Shown here piece after piece: positions 62,151 to 64,000 of a stretch of 64,000 nucleotides of DNA; within the stretch, counting starts at the first letter, position 1, and each line of letters opens with the position of its first letter. The notes below the pieces were generated by a model that was not told where the DNA came from, made no database searches, and saw only the letters and a list, made by a program, of their open reading frames with translations. Made by a program: the position numbers and the translations under genes. Source of the DNA: Squalus acanthias (lineage: Eukaryota); the NCBI GenBank assembly GCA_030390025.1, contig CM059435.1, forward strand, positions 78,492,001 to 78,556,000. Reading direction: 5' to 3'.

Positions 62151-63239
62151 TTACCCCCAAAAAAGTGTGAGAAGTCGGCGGGGGTAGACACGGGAAAGCA
62201 TTCACCTTGTATCTTGTCGTCCTGTAAAGCAGACAAGAAAACAGTCAGCTCCATTTTTACAAGTACTCACAGGCCTGAGTAATGGAAGGCGGTCCCTACC
62301 TAGCAACCACTTCCAGTTTTCATCTGCAGGCTTTCCCTGCCATCCGTGCCCCCCCCTTCAGTTGCCAACGCTGGTGACAATGGGAGGCCGAAGGGTAGCT
62401 GAAAATCAGTGTGTTAAACTCGTCTGGTAGTTAACAAGTCTTTGAATGAAGAATGTTAGCAAACAGACAAACAGCATGTCTGATGCATGCTAATAACATT
62501 GCTGGTCCAGCCTCACAACCAAGCCTATGAATTATTCAACGGGAAGAAACGACCCCCCTTCGCAGCCCAAATGCCTGCAGTGAGGAGAAAGTATTTTTTT
62601 AAATCAGCTCTCCCTTGTTTTTTTCTTCTTAGTTCTAAATTGAAAGTGAAACTAACGTGGCTTAACTCAAATTATTTATTACTTTCATTCCACAATATCA
62701 TCAATAATCCTTTTCGTACTGATCTGAACATTTTCTTTCACAGCCTATTTTATGTCTTTTGTCTGGAGTTGGCACCTGTCCCAGACAGCGCTCCGCTGCA
62801 CACCCTGTTCCCTCCCAATCAGTATATGAAAGAAATGAGGACCCAGAAGTGCAGCTACTTCCACACAGCCCTCGGCACATCCACATCTAACGCCGTCCTT
62901 TCACACGCAGATGCGCAGTACAATCACAAGACCGAGCTGTTTTTTTTGAGTGGCAGAGTACATTCATATTTTGAAGCAAGCACCACCCTAACCCGTGCAG
63001 GATTAGGTAGGCACACCGAGAAAAATTCAGTACTCAAATCAGGAAAAATTTATTCATTTAAAAAAAACACCACAGCTGCACTAACCATCACATTACTTCA
63101 TAGAAAGCCAAAAAGAAAAAAAAATCATTCAAACAAAAAATGTGAGCCTCATCTTCTGCCAACCAGTCACAATAGAGAAACAAAAAACAAAAATCCAGTT
63201 TGTCGTGTGGAGAAATCTTCTGGTCTGGCAAAGGCTGTC

Positions 63240-63600
63240 TGAGGGGGAGGCCCTTGCAACAGGAACAGAAGCAGCATAAGCATAGCTCAGTCGCCCTCTC
63301 ACGAGTGACTGCAACTGTCTATCAAGGAGGACAGAGCAGTACCGAGAGGCCTGAGCTGATGATGAAATAGAGGCATGCTCTTCCACACCGCCCCCCCCCT
63401 CGCCTCCCCCCCCCACCCGCCCCGTGTGTGAGAGCTAGCTACTTTCATCACACGGCCATGAATTGTGCAGCGACTGACACCACCGATCCTCTGGCTGAGC
63501 TGGACCGCACTGCGCCAGCGCACTCTCTGCTTCCTTGCAGCCCCCCTCCCCCAAACACATATACTCTTTTGAGCCAGGTAATGAATTAAGACATGCAGCA
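63240..63600. promoter_or_regulatory. candidate TATA-less promoter with GC boxes (possibly bidirectional)
   Basis: Non-repetitive, GC/CpG-richer segment with ccgccc/cacccgcccc Sp/KLF boxes at 63388-63423, at the end of about 6 kb with no recognisable TEs. Confidence 0.45.
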
Positions 63601-64000
63601 TGAGACTGATTTCCCCACTGTTTAAAACACACACCATTCTTAGTGCAGCCTTATTAATTAACCTTTTACCTTCTACAGCTTTATCCTCAGCACTGGTAAG
63701 AGATAATGTATTATTTAAAAAAAACACAATTTGGAAAAAGAAAGTCTTCTAAGATTATATATCAAAGGACATCAAATTGTTACTTAGCTTTGCGAATCAA
63801 TATAGAAAAGTAAATCCACACATAATTGAATAATTTTGTTCTCATGTCCCTGCTCTTAACCAGCTGCTCAACCAAGTTAAAACTGTTCGACCCTTACAAC
63901 TATCTTGGCATGGAGTCAAAGGCTGATAAGCATTTGGGCGAGACAGCAACTGCTGTGCTGGAAGAAAAACAGCTGCCATGATTGCTGTTAGATTTAAAAC

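Larger units (their letters stand above)
1..63400 (-). ncRNA. putative long let-7 host transcript (pri-miRNA; MIRLET7BHG-like lncRNA), extent inferred
   Basis: let-7 hairpin on the minus strand and no coding exons seen upstream of it. Several minus-strand acceptor/donor pairs (918, 3039, 59234/59418, 62221, 62398). Promoter-like GC-box region near 63.4 kb. The extent is inference only. Confidence 0.4.

Noticed and set aside
62487-63242. Longest ORF in the window (251 aa, plus strand)
   Set aside because: Composition reflects A/T homopolymer runs (F/L/K-rich) with no recognisable domain; probably a chance ORF in regulatory DNA.

Overview
Non-coding vertebrate DNA, almost certainly from a cartilaginous fish (shark-type CR1, L2, DeuSINE, Penelope and Harbinger repeats). 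I found no credible cellular protein-coding exon; the longer ORFs are transposon remnants or chance. The key feature is a complete let-7a precursor on the minus strand at about 777-854, whose flanks and loop best fit the let-7a-3 paralogue of the let-7a-3/let-7b cluster. The rest of the window is most simply read as the upstream, largely intronic body of its minus-strand host lncRNA (MIRLET7BHG-like), with a TE-poor, CpG-richer candidate promoter zone at about 58-64 kb. Other observations: a Penelope-type minimal hammerhead ribozyme, a 31-bp minisatellite made of ZNF143/THAP11-like motifs, a near-identical inverted LINE pair 4.4-5.4 kb upstream of the miRNA, Harbinger elements and MITEs carrying clusters of consensus splice donors, and several nested insertions with exact target-site duplications. 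Family assignments are from recall, not database searches, and repeat boundaries are approximate unless TIRs or TSDs are quoted.
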